The notes under the pieces: generated by a model | The model's input: the letters and a program-made list of their open reading frames with translations, nothing else | Databases searched by the model: none | What the model was told of the DNA's origin: nothing | Program-made: the position numbers and the translations under genes | Assembly: GCA_046346945.1 (NCBI GenBank) | Contig: JAXMHE010000001.1 | Location: forward strand, 280,858-344,857 | Direction of reading: 5' to 3' | Source of the DNA: Turneriella sp. | Lineage (GTDB): Bacteria > Spirochaetota > Leptospiria > Turneriellales > Turneriellaceae | Length of the DNA stretch: 64,000 nucleotides | Part shown: piece by piece, positions 32,501 through 42,976 of the stretch | How the letters are laid out: each line of letters starts with the position of its first letter | Numbering within the stretch: position 1 is the stretch's first letter

Positions 32501-33265
32501 CTACCGACGATCCCGCACCGCTAAGAGCTGTGCAATCACACTCACTGCAATTTCGGCAGGCTCGCTTTTGCCAATGGGTAGGCCAATAGGGCAGAAAAAT
32601 TGCTCCGACTGAGTCGGATTGATCCCTGCGGCGACTAGGTCTTTGACTAAGACGGCCCGTTTACTTTTGCTGCCGATCACTCCCACGTAAGGGAAGGGCT
32701 TGTCGCGTTTCAGGCACTCGAGCAACACGGGAAAATCCGTCGCATGCCCCTGCGTCATCATCAACACAAAGGTATTGTCGGGCAAGCTCTGGATTTCCGT
32801 AGCAGGGTTCGCGCAATGCCGCTTCTCGAGCTTAGCCGAATCGGCCAATGCAGCGATCCAGTCTGCGCGCGTATCGATGCAATATATGTGCGCCTTCAGC
32901 GGCAAGAGTGCAGTCACCAACGCCTGCGCGACATGCCCGGCGCCGAATATCGCTATCGGCCAATCGGCGCTCGCATACGTTTCAAAATAGAGCTTCACCC
33001 GACCGCCGCAGGTCATGCCGACATCCTTCTCCAGGTGCCAGTCAACAAATGCCGTCGCGGATTTATTAGCAAATAACTCGGCGGCCGTTTTGAGTGCCAA
33101 GGCCTCAACCTTGCCACCGCCGATCGTGCCGTAGATGAGCCCCTGAGAATCGCAGAGCATCTTGGCTCCCGCTTCTTGCGGTGCAGAACCCAGCGTTTCT
33201 GTGAGCACCACGAGCGCAAAGGGCCGACCGGACTCAATCAGATCATGGTGTTTTTGCCAGAACAT
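32501..33265 (-). CDS. xdhC: Xanthine dehydrogenase accessory protein XdhC
   Basis: GSAPQEAGAKM, GTIGGG, GMTCGG, IFGAGHV, GVIGSKSK, CPIG. Confidence 0.95.
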   Translation of the reverse strand: MFWQKHHDLIESGRPFALVVLTETLGSAPQEAGAKMLCDSQGLIYGTIGGGKVEALALKTAAELFANKSATAFVDWHLEKDVGMTCGGRVKLYFETYASADWPIAIFGAGHVAQALVTALLPLKAHIYCIDTRADWIAALADSAKLEKRHCANPATEIQSLPDNTFVLMMTQGHATDFPVLLECLKRDKPFPYVGVIGSKSKRAVLVKDLVAAGINPTQSEQFFCPIGLPIGKSEPAEIAVSVIAQLLAVRDRR

Positions 33266-33289
33266 GTACTATTCGTCCAAGAATGCCTT

Positions 33290-34057
33290 TCAACGCGAAA
33301 ATCCGCGCTTGAGTCGGTTTTGCCAGAGTTCCATTTGCTGCGGGTATTTCGCCAACAAATTCAAATACAATACCGTGAAAATAATCATAAGCGCGGCACA
33401 CAACCACCACAATAGCGCACCCAATGAACCCGCGTTAAAGCGCCGCTCATAGTATGGCCCGCGCAAGATATCGAGAGCCCACACCGTCAGCGTATTACCG
33501 GGGGCATATGAAGGCGAATGCTTTTGCAACTTTGCCTGTTCCATATCTTCATCAATCCATCTGGGTGCAAACAGTGGAAACAACTTACCAGGCGGCTGAA
33601 CCGAATCTGGTTTCTGTTGAAGATGTTCGAGCCAAACCTGCTGCGAATAAAACGTTACAGATCCGTCATTTGTCGCGGCCTGTGTCACCTCGGCGACACG
33701 CATTTCGATTTGCTTTCCCTGCGCCAATAGCGCTCCCGGTGGAAATGCCTTGTACCACCAAAGCGCGGTGCTGGCCGCCATGATACTCGTCGCAACGGCT
33801 ACTCCAAACCAAAATGGAGGCGGTGCAGGTCTTGCTGATGACCTGAGTGCAGGTAGCAGATTAAGAAAATCAATGCGAATCTCAAAAAGGATTAGAACGA
33901 AAACAACCATGAGAATAAGGGTAAAGGGAGCTGCGAAAGCGAATGCAACCAAACCGATTTCGCTGCCGGCGATAATGCTGGCGACGAAACGCAGGGGAAT
34001 AGAGCTCGCAAAGAGAATAACCGGAGAGATAATCAGGAAAACAACGATGTTAACCAT
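33290..34057 (-). CDS. Hypothetical multi-TM membrane protein inside the xdh cluster
   Basis: Open frame with about four hydrophobic segments. Confidence 0.55.
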   Translation of the reverse strand: MVNIVVFLIISPVILFASSIPLRFVASIIAGSEIGLVAFAFAAPFTLILMVVFVLILFEIRIDFLNLLPALRSSARPAPPPFWFGVAVATSIMAASTALWWYKAFPPGALLAQGKQIEMRVAEVTQAATNDGSVTFYSQQVWLEHLQQKPDSVQPPGKLFPLFAPRWIDEDMEQAKLQKHSPSYAPGNTLTVWALDILRGPYYERRFNAGSLGALLWWLCAALMIIFTVLYLNLLAKYPQQMELWQNRLKRGFSR

Positions 34058-34093
34058 CGGGGGGGAGCGATCAGTCAAGTAATCCCTCGCGCC

Positions 34094-36481
34094 TCAGGCA
34101 ACACCAGTGGGGCCGTTCATGTTGGCCTGGGCCTTGAGTGACTCGATATACAGGAGGATCTCTTCGTTTGTCGCCGGCAGATCAAGTTTCACCGCTTCAC
34201 CCGCCTTAAGGTAAGACAGCGCATTTTTCACTGCGCAGAACACCGCCATGCCCAGCATCAGCGGCGGCTCTGCAACGGCCTTCGACGAACGCACATTAAA
34301 GTCGTGCAGCTGGTTGTCGAAAAATTCGAGCCTCAGATCTTCGGGAATATCGCGGACGTTGGGGATCTTGTACGTTGTCGGCGAATGTGACAGCAGCGCG
34401 CCCTTATCCGAATATTTTAACTCTTCGGCGGTCACCCAGCCGATACCCTGCACAAGACCACCGATCAACTGCCCACGATCAATGCCGGGATTAATCGACT
34501 TACCGATATCCATGAGTACGTCAAGGCGATCGATCGTGAGGTCGCCGGTGAACCGGTCGATCGAAACTTCTGCAACGCAGGCGCCGTTGGTGAAATAGTA
34601 AAACGGTGCACCCTTACCGGTCGTATAGTCAAAATCGAGGCCCGGCGTGGCATAAAAGCCGCGCTCGCCGAGTGAGATACGCTCGCGCCACGCGCGGCCG
34701 CACAATTCTGCAAATCCAATCTGGTAACCGCCTTCGGCGGTCACCAGATTGGATTCAAATTTTACGGCAGCACCATCGACCCCCCACAACCCCGCAACAT
34801 AGTTAGTCAGCCGCTCGCGGATCTTGCGGCACGCGACTGCCGCGGCATTGCCATTGAGGTCGGTGCCCGCCGATGCGGCCGTGGGCGCCGTGTTATTCGT
34901 CTTCTCGCTCGACGTCGCCATGACTCGCACGTCTTCAAAACGCACACCCAGCTCATCGGCGACGATCTGCTGTATCTTGGTATAGAGGCCCTGTCCCATC
35001 TCTGTGCCGCCGGTCGAAACCTGCACCGTACCGTCGGTGTAGACGTTGACCAGCGCGTTGCCTTGATTGAGAAATTTTGTGGTGAACGAAATACCGAACT
35101 TCACGCCGGTGAGGGCTAAACCCTTAAGGGGGCCCGCGGCCCCCTTAACAACCCCCGCATTGTGTTCTGCGATCTTGTTCGTCCGTAATCTATATTCTGC
35201 ACTTTTGTGCAGCTCATCAAACAACTCGGGCAACACATTGTTCTTCACCGGCTGGCCATAGTGGGTGACTGCATTCTGGCCTTGGTACAGATTGATCTTG
35301 CGTACCTCGTATGCGTCGAGGCCGAGCATGGCGGCAATGTCTTCGATGATACTCTCAATCGCGGCAACACCCTGCGGCCCGCCGAAACCGCGGAAGGCGG
35401 TGTTGGAGGGATAGTTAGTCCGGCAGATGGTGCCGGTAGCGCGTAAGTTGGCGATGTCGTAGCAATTGTCCGTGTGGAATAGCGTGCGTGACAGTATCGA
35501 GGGTGACAGGTCGGCAGTACAACCGCCGTCGGAATAATAATCGATCTTGAGCGTCGTGATGCGGCCCTGAGAGGTGAATCCTACTTCATAAAAAGATTTG
35601 TACGGGTGGCGTTTGCCCGTGACCATCATGTCGATATCTTTATTGAACTGACAGCGCGCCGGTCGGCGGGTTTTATGCGCCACAATGCCTGCCATCAGCG
35701 CGGGCATTACGGCCTGCGTCTCTTTGCCGCCAAAACCACCGCCCATGCGCTTACAGATACAGACGACCTCGTGGTGGCCGAGGCCAAGCACTTCAGCGAC
35801 AACCTTCTGCACCTCAGTCGTGTTTTGCGTGGAGGAGTGCACGGTGAGCTCACGGCTTTCGCCGGGCACAGCATATGCCGCCTGTGATTCGAGATAGAAC
35901 TGTTCCTGGCCGCCGCTGATGAATGTGCCAGTCAGGCGATGTTCGGCTTGGGGCAGCGCGGCTTCCGCGTCACCCCGCTCCATTTTAAGCGGCTGACCGA
36001 TGAAGGATTTCTGTGCAATGGCTGCGTCTATCGACAGAATCGGCGCCAGCTCGCGTAGCTCGATTTTCACGGCGCGTCTAGCGGCTTCAACGAGCTCTCG
36101 CGTTGGCGCTGCGACGACGACGATCGGTTCGCCGATAAAGTGCGTGTGCTTCTCCGCGAGAAACACCTCATCGCGCACAATCGGCCCGAACAGATTTATG
36201 CCATCGATGTCTTTATGCGTGAACGCGAAAGCGCCCGGTATCTTCGCCACGGCGGATGTATCCACGTGCAGAATTTCGCCATGTGCGTAAGGGCTGCCAA
36301 CGAAATCGACCACGAGCTCGCCCACCAGCTGCGGCATGTCATCGATGTACGGCGCGGCGCCGGTCACATGGCCACGCGCCGATTCATGTGGGTGCGAGGC
36401 GCCGACCGCAGGAGAAGATCGTGCATTCTCTGCGCGCTGCGCGCGCAGAGAATGCACGGGCTTTGGATCGAGATTGCGCAT
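34094..36481 (-). CDS. xdhB: Xanthine dehydrogenase molybdopterin-binding subunit
   Basis: HESARGHVTG, QEQFYLE, RMGGGFGGKE, AFRGFGGPQG, GGTEMGQG, SKAVAEPP. Confidence 0.96.
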   Translation of the reverse strand: MRNLDPKPVHSLRAQRAENARSSPAVGASHPHESARGHVTGAAPYIDDMPQLVGELVVDFVGSPYAHGEILHVDTSAVAKIPGAFAFTHKDIDGINLFGPIVRDEVFLAEKHTHFIGEPIVVVAAPTRELVEAARRAVKIELRELAPILSIDAAIAQKSFIGQPLKMERGDAEAALPQAEHRLTGTFISGGQEQFYLESQAAYAVPGESRELTVHSSTQNTTEVQKVVAEVLGLGHHEVVCICKRMGGGFGGKETQAVMPALMAGIVAHKTRRPARCQFNKDIDMMVTGKRHPYKSFYEVGFTSQGRITTLKIDYYSDGGCTADLSPSILSRTLFHTDNCYDIANLRATGTICRTNYPSNTAFRGFGGPQGVAAIESIIEDIAAMLGLDAYEVRKINLYQGQNAVTHYGQPVKNNVLPELFDELHKSAEYRLRTNKIAEHNAGVVKGAAGPLKGLALTGVKFGISFTTKFLNQGNALVNVYTDGTVQVSTGGTEMGQGLYTKIQQIVADELGVRFEDVRVMATSSEKTNNTAPTAASAGTDLNGNAAAVACRKIRERLTNYVAGLWGVDGAAVKFESNLVTAEGGYQIGFAELCGRAWRERISLGERGFYATPGLDFDYTTGKGAPFYYFTNGACVAEVSIDRFTGDLTIDRLDVLMDIGKSINPGIDRGQLIGGLVQGIGWVTAEELKYSDKGALLSHSPTTYKIPNVRDIPEDLRLEFFDNQLHDFNVRSSKAVAEPPLMLGMAVFCAVKNALSYLKAGEAVKLDLPATNEEILLYIESLKAQANMNGPTGVA

Positions 36482-36879
36482 TACGAAATTCTCCCTGCGG
36501 CCTTGAGAGATGCCATGACAATGCCAAACACCAGGCCTGCCGCTGCAGTGAAGGGCGCTATGCGCAACAGCCTAGGAAAGCGAGTCTGCGCGCCGCGGTA
36601 GACGCGGGCAGAAAAATAGCCTATGGCCAGAAAACCAGCGCAGCAGAAAATCCCGAGCCCGAGCGTCACGTAGTCGTGCGGAAGGCTCTGCAACTCAAGG
36701 CCGGTCAGCCGACGGTAAGCGCTCACACCCACGCCGCCCGCTATCACCCCTAAAGTCGGTGGTGCAAAAATGAGTAGAGTAGTGAGTCGCGATTCGAGAC
36801 GATCGAACAGCTGCTCTCGCCAAGCGGCCCGCTTTTCTGCCTTCTCGACTTCTTGCCGTTTTGTGCTACTTTGCGCCAT
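36481..36879 (-). CDS. Small three-TM membrane protein between xdhA and xdhB
   Basis: Open frame starting a few nt after the xdhA stop; its TAA overlaps the xdhB ATG (TAATG). Confidence 0.7.
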   Translation of the reverse strand: MAQSSTKRQEVEKAEKRAAWREQLFDRLESRLTTLLIFAPPTLGVIAGGVGVSAYRRLTGLELQSLPHDYVTLGLGIFCCAGFLAIGYFSARVYRGAQTRFPRLLRIAPFTAAAGLVFGIVMASLKAAGRIS

Positions 36880-36885
36880 AATCTA

Positions 36886-38334
36886 TCATGCACTGCGTAC
36901 GGTTCTGCTCGCCTGCTCGTGAAAAAATTTCAGAAACAGGTTCTTCACCAGAATCTTGCGAAACTCGGCCGAGCCGCGCACATCGCTCAGGGGTTTGATT
37001 TCCGCAGCCGCGATCAGGCCGGCCTCTGCAAAGGTCGCTTCCTGAAATGGCTGGTTCAACAGCACCTTCTCGGCGGATCGCAGACGCACCACCGTCGCCG
37101 CGACACCGCCTGCCGCGAGATGCGCTTCGGCGATTTTGCCCGCGGCGACGCTTATATGTATTGCGAGGGTGACACTCGAAATGTCGAGGTCGCGCCGTTT
37201 GGAGACTTTGTAGAGACCAACCAGAGAATCGGCTTTCGGCAAAGGCAAAATAACTTTGGCCAAAATCTCATTTGGCTGCAGGTCGAATTTCTTGTAGCCC
37301 GTGTAGAAGTGGTTGATATCCACCTCACGCTCACCGGCAGCCGATGCGAGCACCAGTTTAGCACCCATCACGAACAGGCAGGGTAGTGAATCGGCAATGG
37401 GCGACGCATTGATAATATTGCCACCAATGGTTGCTGCATTACGAATCTGCTCTGCGGCAAAGATCTGCAGAATGTCATGCAGCGCCGGGAGTCGGGTTTT
37501 TGTCGCGGCGAGCACATCCGACCAATTGGAAGCCGCGCCGATTTCGAGCGCACCACCAGTCTCTTTGATCTGGCCAATTTCATGCAGGTGCGCAATGAAT
37601 AGCACTTGAGAAAGCAGAGATTTACCTTTGTTGTGTTGCACACCGAGATCGGTGCCACCCGCAATAATTCTGAGGTGTGGCATCGCGGCGCGTAATTTCA
37701 GCGCTTCGTCAAGATTCTGTGGTTTAAAAAAGACCTGATCACCTTCGCCGGTGATCTTCACGGAATCTTCGGCAAGAGTCTGAAACTCGTTTTCCATCGC
37801 GGCGCGATCGAACCGGGCCAGCAAGCCAGGAGACGGGCTGCCGTTCAGGGCTAATCCGGCTTTGACAATCGCTTCATACCCCGTGCAGCGGCACAGATTG
37901 CCCGCGAGTTTTTCTTTCACTGCGGTGGTAGTAATTTCGCGCTGTTCTTCAGTGAGATGTGCCAACCCCATCACGAACCCCGGCGTGCAAAAACCGCACT
38001 GCGAACCAAAGCATTCAACCATCGCCTTCTGCGCGGGGTGCAATTGCCCATTGTGCTCGAGCGCTTCGACGGTGATGACATGGCAGCAGTCGAGCTGGAA
38101 TAGAAATTGGATGCACGCATCGATGATGCGGTATTCGAGCTTGCGGTCGGCATTCAGCCAACCCAATATGACGGTGCAGGCACCACAGTCGCCTTCGCTG
38201 CACACCACCTTGGTGCCGGTCATGCCTTTCTGCAGGCGCAGCCAGGTAGATAGCGGTTGAAATGCGTCGCGGCCCGCGATCTCTACGCGTTCGTGGTTCA
38301 GATAGAAGACAATTTTTTCGCGCGTGCTTGCCAT
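36886..38334 (-). CDS. xdhA: Xanthine dehydrogenase FeS/FAD subunit
   Basis: GTKVVCSEGDCGACT, QCGFCTPG, GNLCRCTGY, AGGTD, QIRNAATIGGN, YKVSKRRDLDIS. Confidence 0.96.
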   Translation of the reverse strand: MASTREKIVFYLNHERVEIAGRDAFQPLSTWLRLQKGMTGTKVVCSEGDCGACTVILGWLNADRKLEYRIIDACIQFLFQLDCCHVITVEALEHNGQLHPAQKAMVECFGSQCGFCTPGFVMGLAHLTEEQREITTTAVKEKLAGNLCRCTGYEAIVKAGLALNGSPSPGLLARFDRAAMENEFQTLAEDSVKITGEGDQVFFKPQNLDEALKLRAAMPHLRIIAGGTDLGVQHNKGKSLLSQVLFIAHLHEIGQIKETGGALEIGAASNWSDVLAATKTRLPALHDILQIFAAEQIRNAATIGGNIINASPIADSLPCLFVMGAKLVLASAAGEREVDINHFYTGYKKFDLQPNEILAKVILPLPKADSLVGLYKVSKRRDLDISSVTLAIHISVAAGKIAEAHLAAGGVAATVVRLRSAEKVLLNQPFQEATFAEAGLIAAAEIKPLSDVRGSAEFRKILVKNLFLKFFHEQASRTVRSA

Positions 38335-38345
38335 TTGGATTTTGG

Positions 38346-38384
38346 TCTTTCACCTTTTATGGCCAAGCCGCAAAAGGTGAAAGA
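38346..38384 (-). promoter_or_regulatory. 13-bp stem-loop in the xdhA 5'UTR
   Basis: TCTTTCACCTTTT...AAAAGGTGAAAGA. Confidence 0.6.
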
Positions 38385-38397
38385 TATATGAATAGTC

Positions 38398-38414
38398 AGC
38401 AGATTCCGTGCCAA
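38398..38414 (-). promoter_or_regulatory. Sigma54 (-24/-12) promoter of the xdh operon
   Basis: Minus strand TTGGCACGGAATCTGCT, with canonical GG-N10-GC spacing. Confidence 0.8.
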
Positions 38415-38501
38415 GTCGAATAGGTAAAGCAGAAAATGCGGATTTAAGATTTCGCTACAATTTTTGTTGGCACGGCGCGTCTGCCCTGTGGAATCCCCTC
38501 T

Positions 38502-40412
38502 ATGGCCGCGTCGACAGCATCCCGCGAAATAACGCACCTGTACCATTTTCTTAAGGGCTCTGCAGAAAAATTTCCGGAACGAGTGACGTTTCGCCGCAAA
38601 ACCGATCGCGGCTACGAAGGACGCACCTATCAGGAGATGCTGTCTCTCGTGAATCGGCTCAGCGCAGGGCTTCTGCGCATAGGCCTCAAAAAGGGCGACC
38701 GTGTACTGTTCTTATGCGATCCTTCTGCGCTGTGGCTGCCTGTGGATCTCGCAATCATTACCGCTGGCGGCATTTCAACCCCGCGCGGCACAGACATCAC
38801 TGATGACGAGCTGCGTTACATTGCGACGCATGCAGAATGTCGCATTGCATTTGTGCAGAATGAGAAAACTGCGGATCGCATTCGTGGCATGCACAAAGAT
38901 CTTCCTGAACTCAAATATCTTATTACCCTGGAAGACGGCAAGGGCGCAATTTCGATCGGTGACCACAGCCTGACTCTGCTCTCCAGCAAGGGCGGGGCCG
39001 TCTTGTCAGAACATCCCGATATCATCGCCGATCGTCTCGCCAAAATATCTGCCGACGAAATTGCAGCAATCATCTATACCAGCGGCACAACCGGCCAGCC
39101 GAAAGGGGTGATGCTCAGCCAGAAAGCGATGGTCGAAACGATTAAGGTAACGCAAAAGCGCTTTCCCGCGCTGCCGAACGACGCGGCGGTGAGCATTCTA
39201 CCACCATGGCACGTATTTGAGCGCATGCTCGAATATGTCTACATGGCGCACGGCATCGATTTTCTGATCTCGACCATCAGCCATTTGAAAGAAGATCTCG
39301 CTGCCTTTAAACCCTCGCTGATTTCGTCGGTCCCGCGCATTTGGGAATCCATCTACAATGGCATTCATGCAAAGGTGCAAAAAGAGAGCGCCGCGAAGCG
39401 GGGGATTTTTCAATTTTTCCTTGGCATCGGCGCTGCGTGGGCACGTTACCGTGCCATTTGGGGTGGCTACGATTTTCGCCTGCAGAAACCCTCCATCGCC
39501 CTATTGGCCCTCAGAAGAAGCGGTGCGGCGATATTACTGGGCCTGCTGTTTCCACTGAAGAAGTTATCTAACGTCATCTTCGCACCGATTCGGGCCGCAC
39601 TGGGTGGCCGGGTGCGTCTCTCCTTTTCTGGTGGCAGCGCGCTGCCCGCGCATGTGGATAAATTCCTCAGCGCTATAGGCATACCCGTCATTGAAGGTTA
39701 TGGCATGACCGAAACCTGCGCGATTACTACCAGCCGTAGCGAACAGATGCCGTCGTCGGGCACCATCGGCGCCCCATTGGATGGTGTGTCTTTCAGATTG
39801 ATCGACGAGCAGGGTAACGACGTGAGTAAAACTCCCGGTAAGAAGGGTGTGCTCTGGCTGAAAGGCATGCAGATTTTCCAAGGCTACTACAAACAACCCG
39901 AAGTCACGCAGGCGCTCTTCGATAACGAAGGCTATTTTAACACCGGCGATATCATGATGATCAATTACCGCGGTGAACTGATCTTCGCCGGTCGCGCAAA
40001 GGACACCATTGTGCTCGCCGGCGGCGAAAATGTCGAACCCGACCCGATCGAAGAACGCCTCTGCGAATCGCGGTTCATTTCACAGTGCGTGGTCGCGGGC
40101 AGCGAGCGCAAACACCTCTGTGTGCTGATCGTACCCGACTATGACAACGTCAAGAGCGCGTTGCCCAAAATTCCGAGCGAATCGGCTCCCTGGAATGCGA
40201 TGCCCGAAGTGCGGGATTTCTTCAAGAAAGAGATACTGCGGCTGATTTCGAAAGAGAATGGCTTTAAGGCGTTCGAAATGATTCCGGGCAATGCATTTAC
40301 GATTTTGCCGCGCCCCTTTGACGCAGAAAAAGAGATGACTAAGACCCTTAAAATTAAGCGCAATGTGGTACTCGAAAACTACCATCGCGAGATTGCCGCG
40401 ATGTATATGTAA
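38502..40412 (+). CDS. Long-chain fatty acid-CoA ligase (AMP-dependent synthetase)
   Basis: IIYTSGTTGQPKGV, EGYGMTE, FNTGD, GRAKD...GGENVEP. Confidence 0.92.
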   Translation: MAASTASREITHLYHFLKGSAEKFPERVTFRRKTDRGYEGRTYQEMLSLVNRLSAGLLRIGLKKGDRVLFLCDPSALWLPVDLAIITAGGISTPRGTDITDDELRYIATHAECRIAFVQNEKTADRIRGMHKDLPELKYLITLEDGKGAISIGDHSLTLLSSKGGAVLSEHPDIIADRLAKISADEIAAIIYTSGTTGQPKGVMLSQKAMVETIKVTQKRFPALPNDAAVSILPPWHVFERMLEYVYMAHGIDFLISTISHLKEDLAAFKPSLISSVPRIWESIYNGIHAKVQKESAAKRGIFQFFLGIGAAWARYRAIWGGYDFRLQKPSIALLALRRSGAAILLGLLFPLKKLSNVIFAPIRAALGGRVRLSFSGGSALPAHVDKFLSAIGIPVIEGYGMTETCAITTSRSEQMPSSGTIGAPLDGVSFRLIDEQGNDVSKTPGKKGVLWLKGMQIFQGYYKQPEVTQALFDNEGYFNTGDIMMINYRGELIFAGRAKDTIVLAGGENVEPDPIEERLCESRFISQCVVAGSERKHLCVLIVPDYDNVKSALPKIPSESAPWNAMPEVRDFFKKEILRLISKENGFKAFEMIPGNAFTILPRPFDAEKEMTKTLKIKRNVVLENYHREIAAMYM

Positions 40413-40485
40413 CGCAATCGAGAATAGCTCTCAATACCCTTGCGGGTTTTGTTGACGCGTCACTCGGGTCTTTTGGTTGTCGCGG

Positions 40486-42975
40486 ATGCAAACTGTTCTG
40501 CGCAGCGGTTTGTGCCTGTTATTGTCGATCGCTTCTTTTCTATCTTGTTAGAACGGTACAAGCACCACCGGTCTTCTCGACGCGAGTTTTGTCACAAATT
40601 TCAAGCTCTACATGAGCGTGCCCGGCGATGTAATCTATGACGGTAAAGATTTCGATATGAAGCTCGAAGCGAAGGCGTCAGCGACGAGTCTGCCGTTGAA
40701 GGGGATAAACGGCAGCATCACGTGGACGCTGAGTGGGACAGGGACACTAGCTTTGGTTTCGTGCCCTGATATGAAAGAGGGTGTCCAAATGTGCAGAATA
40801 CGTTACAATGGTGGTTTATCGGCTGGGCAATCGAAGATCATCCAACTCAAGGCGATACATAATGCAAGTCAGGAATTTGTTTTAGATGGATTCAGTGTTG
40901 CGACAGCTTCATTTTCTATTTCCGTACCTTCCCGTATTACGGTCGGCTCCGCATTCACCGCAACGATTACCGCCCTCGACGCATTTGGAAATACCAATAC
41001 AACTTTCAACGGCACTGCCGTTTTGCATTTAGCCTTAATATCCGGCAGACCTTCCATTGAGGAAGTCAGCAATTTTGTGAACGGCGTAGCCACTATTTCT
41101 CTGCAAATTTTCAAACCGGCCTGGCAGATGCAGATCATTGCGTATGATAAGCAATTTCCTGTTTTTACAGGGACGTCCAATACATTCAGAGTGGTACAAA
41201 ATGACTCCAATTACCTTGGTCTTGATCTGATTTCAGTACCTTTCACTGCAACCAGCAATCGACTATCCTGGACGACGATCGATGCGGCGAACCAATACAA
41301 AATATATCGCAAAGATGCGGCTGGCGCTTACCAACTGATTAATACAATCTCATCACCCAGCGCAACTACGTCTCTGTTTGAAGACACCGCCCTGACGACA
41401 GGTTTAAATTACTATTATAAGTTAGAGGCTCTAAACGGGGGCGGTAGCGTCATTAGCGTAGACTATGGCGATTCTACACCTAAATCCTGCACCAGCGTGG
41501 GGACTAACATCAATACTTACACCGTCTGGAGCAAAGCATCAAGCCCTTACTGCGTCGGAGCGCTGACAATTTCTTCGGCTCTCATCGTAGAACCCGGTGT
41601 GGTCGTATTAGTGACTACAGGGTCTGTTTGGGTAGTGAACCATCAAATTCAGGCAATAGGTACACCCCGGGAACGCATCATCTTTACCCTGAATAACAAT
41701 TCACATGTTGCGGCGAGCGGTGGCATTAACGTGAGTAACCCATTGCAATCAGTTATTGACGGCTCCTATAACTATGTGTCCGGCAGCGGATTTAAGAATG
41801 TCGTTTGGGAATATTTTGGTGGTGCGTATTGGCAGAAGCCTATGTACTACAGCGCGATGGTCATGCGCTACTCTTCTGGCGCTGTATTTGAAAATATTCC
41901 ATCAAATCTGACCCTTGCTGCCGTGATGGACGGCGTTACCTACGCGCGTAACGCCGGTGCCATACAGTTATTCCATCCGCAGACCGGGATTGTGAATAAT
42001 GGCATCTACTATAGAAATTCATCTGTTGTTGGAACAATTCACGCCAAATTCGACGGAACAGGCACTATGGATGTGCAGATAAAGGGAAATTATTTTGCGC
42101 TAAATACTGGTCTCAATCAAACCGGGGCAACCGGCTGTGGCGCAAATGCAGCTACTAGCGGCGTCATCACGGCAGACCCTCAATCCAACGGCGGCTGCCC
42201 AGGAACGACATCGGGCACAATTCAAATCGCCGACAATCAATTTTATGATAATACAGATCAGGCCGCTGGGCACAATGGCGGAGCGATCCGCCTTAACCTG
42301 AAGGGTACACCAAGCTATCAAATTTCGAACAATAGCTTTTCCGGAAATACCGCCGTTAATGGTGGCGCAATATCTTTTGACTCAGCCTCTGCGGGCGCGA
42401 CCGGCCCATTAACGGGGCTGACATTGAGCAAAAACTATTTTGTCAGCAATACAGCGAATGCAGCTGGTGGCGCGCTCTACATCGGTTCACCGGCTACGGC
42501 GAATAACCTGACAATTACCGGCAATTATTTCGCCAGCAATACAGCCAGTGTGAATGGCGGAGCAATTGCCTTTTCCGGCGGTGGGGCTACTAACGTAAAT
42601 TTGGGCAGTAACTTCTTCACCTCAAATGCCGCGACGTCTGGCAACTCAGGAGCCTTGTACTTCGTTTCGATCAGCGCTACAGGATTTTCTGCTTCCAATA
42701 ATCATTTTTCCGGGAACACGGCACCGGGTGCAACGGGCAGCCGAAACATCTACAATAACACGGCAGCCTCATTGTCTTTTCTGAACGCCTATCTCGAAGG
42801 CAGCACTTATGCAACCTGCGATGCCGGCCGCGCTACCAATCTGGGCATTGCGGATCAATGCTCCGGCGTCGGTACAAACACAACGATTATAACCGGAATT
42901 ACAGCAACGGCTTACACGCTCCCGAGCCTCTGCATCACGGACCCGAGCGTCTCAGGCTGTGTCGGCGCGCGCTAG
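40486..42975 (+). pseudogene. Large surface lipoprotein (Ig/Fn3 plus GGAI-repeat beta-helix) with an in-frame TAG after the lipobox
   Basis: ATG 40486 gives MQTVLRSGLCLLLSIASFLSC-TAG (40549-40551), in frame with the 787-aa ORF at 40612; F..N.A..GGAI repeats. Confidence 0.75.
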
Positions 42976-42976
42976 A

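Noticed and set aside
38467-38484. Second sigma54-like TTGGCACG on the + strand before the fatty acid-CoA ligase
   Set aside because: GG-to-GC spacing is 12 rather than the required 10; it fits better as a sigma70 -35 box.
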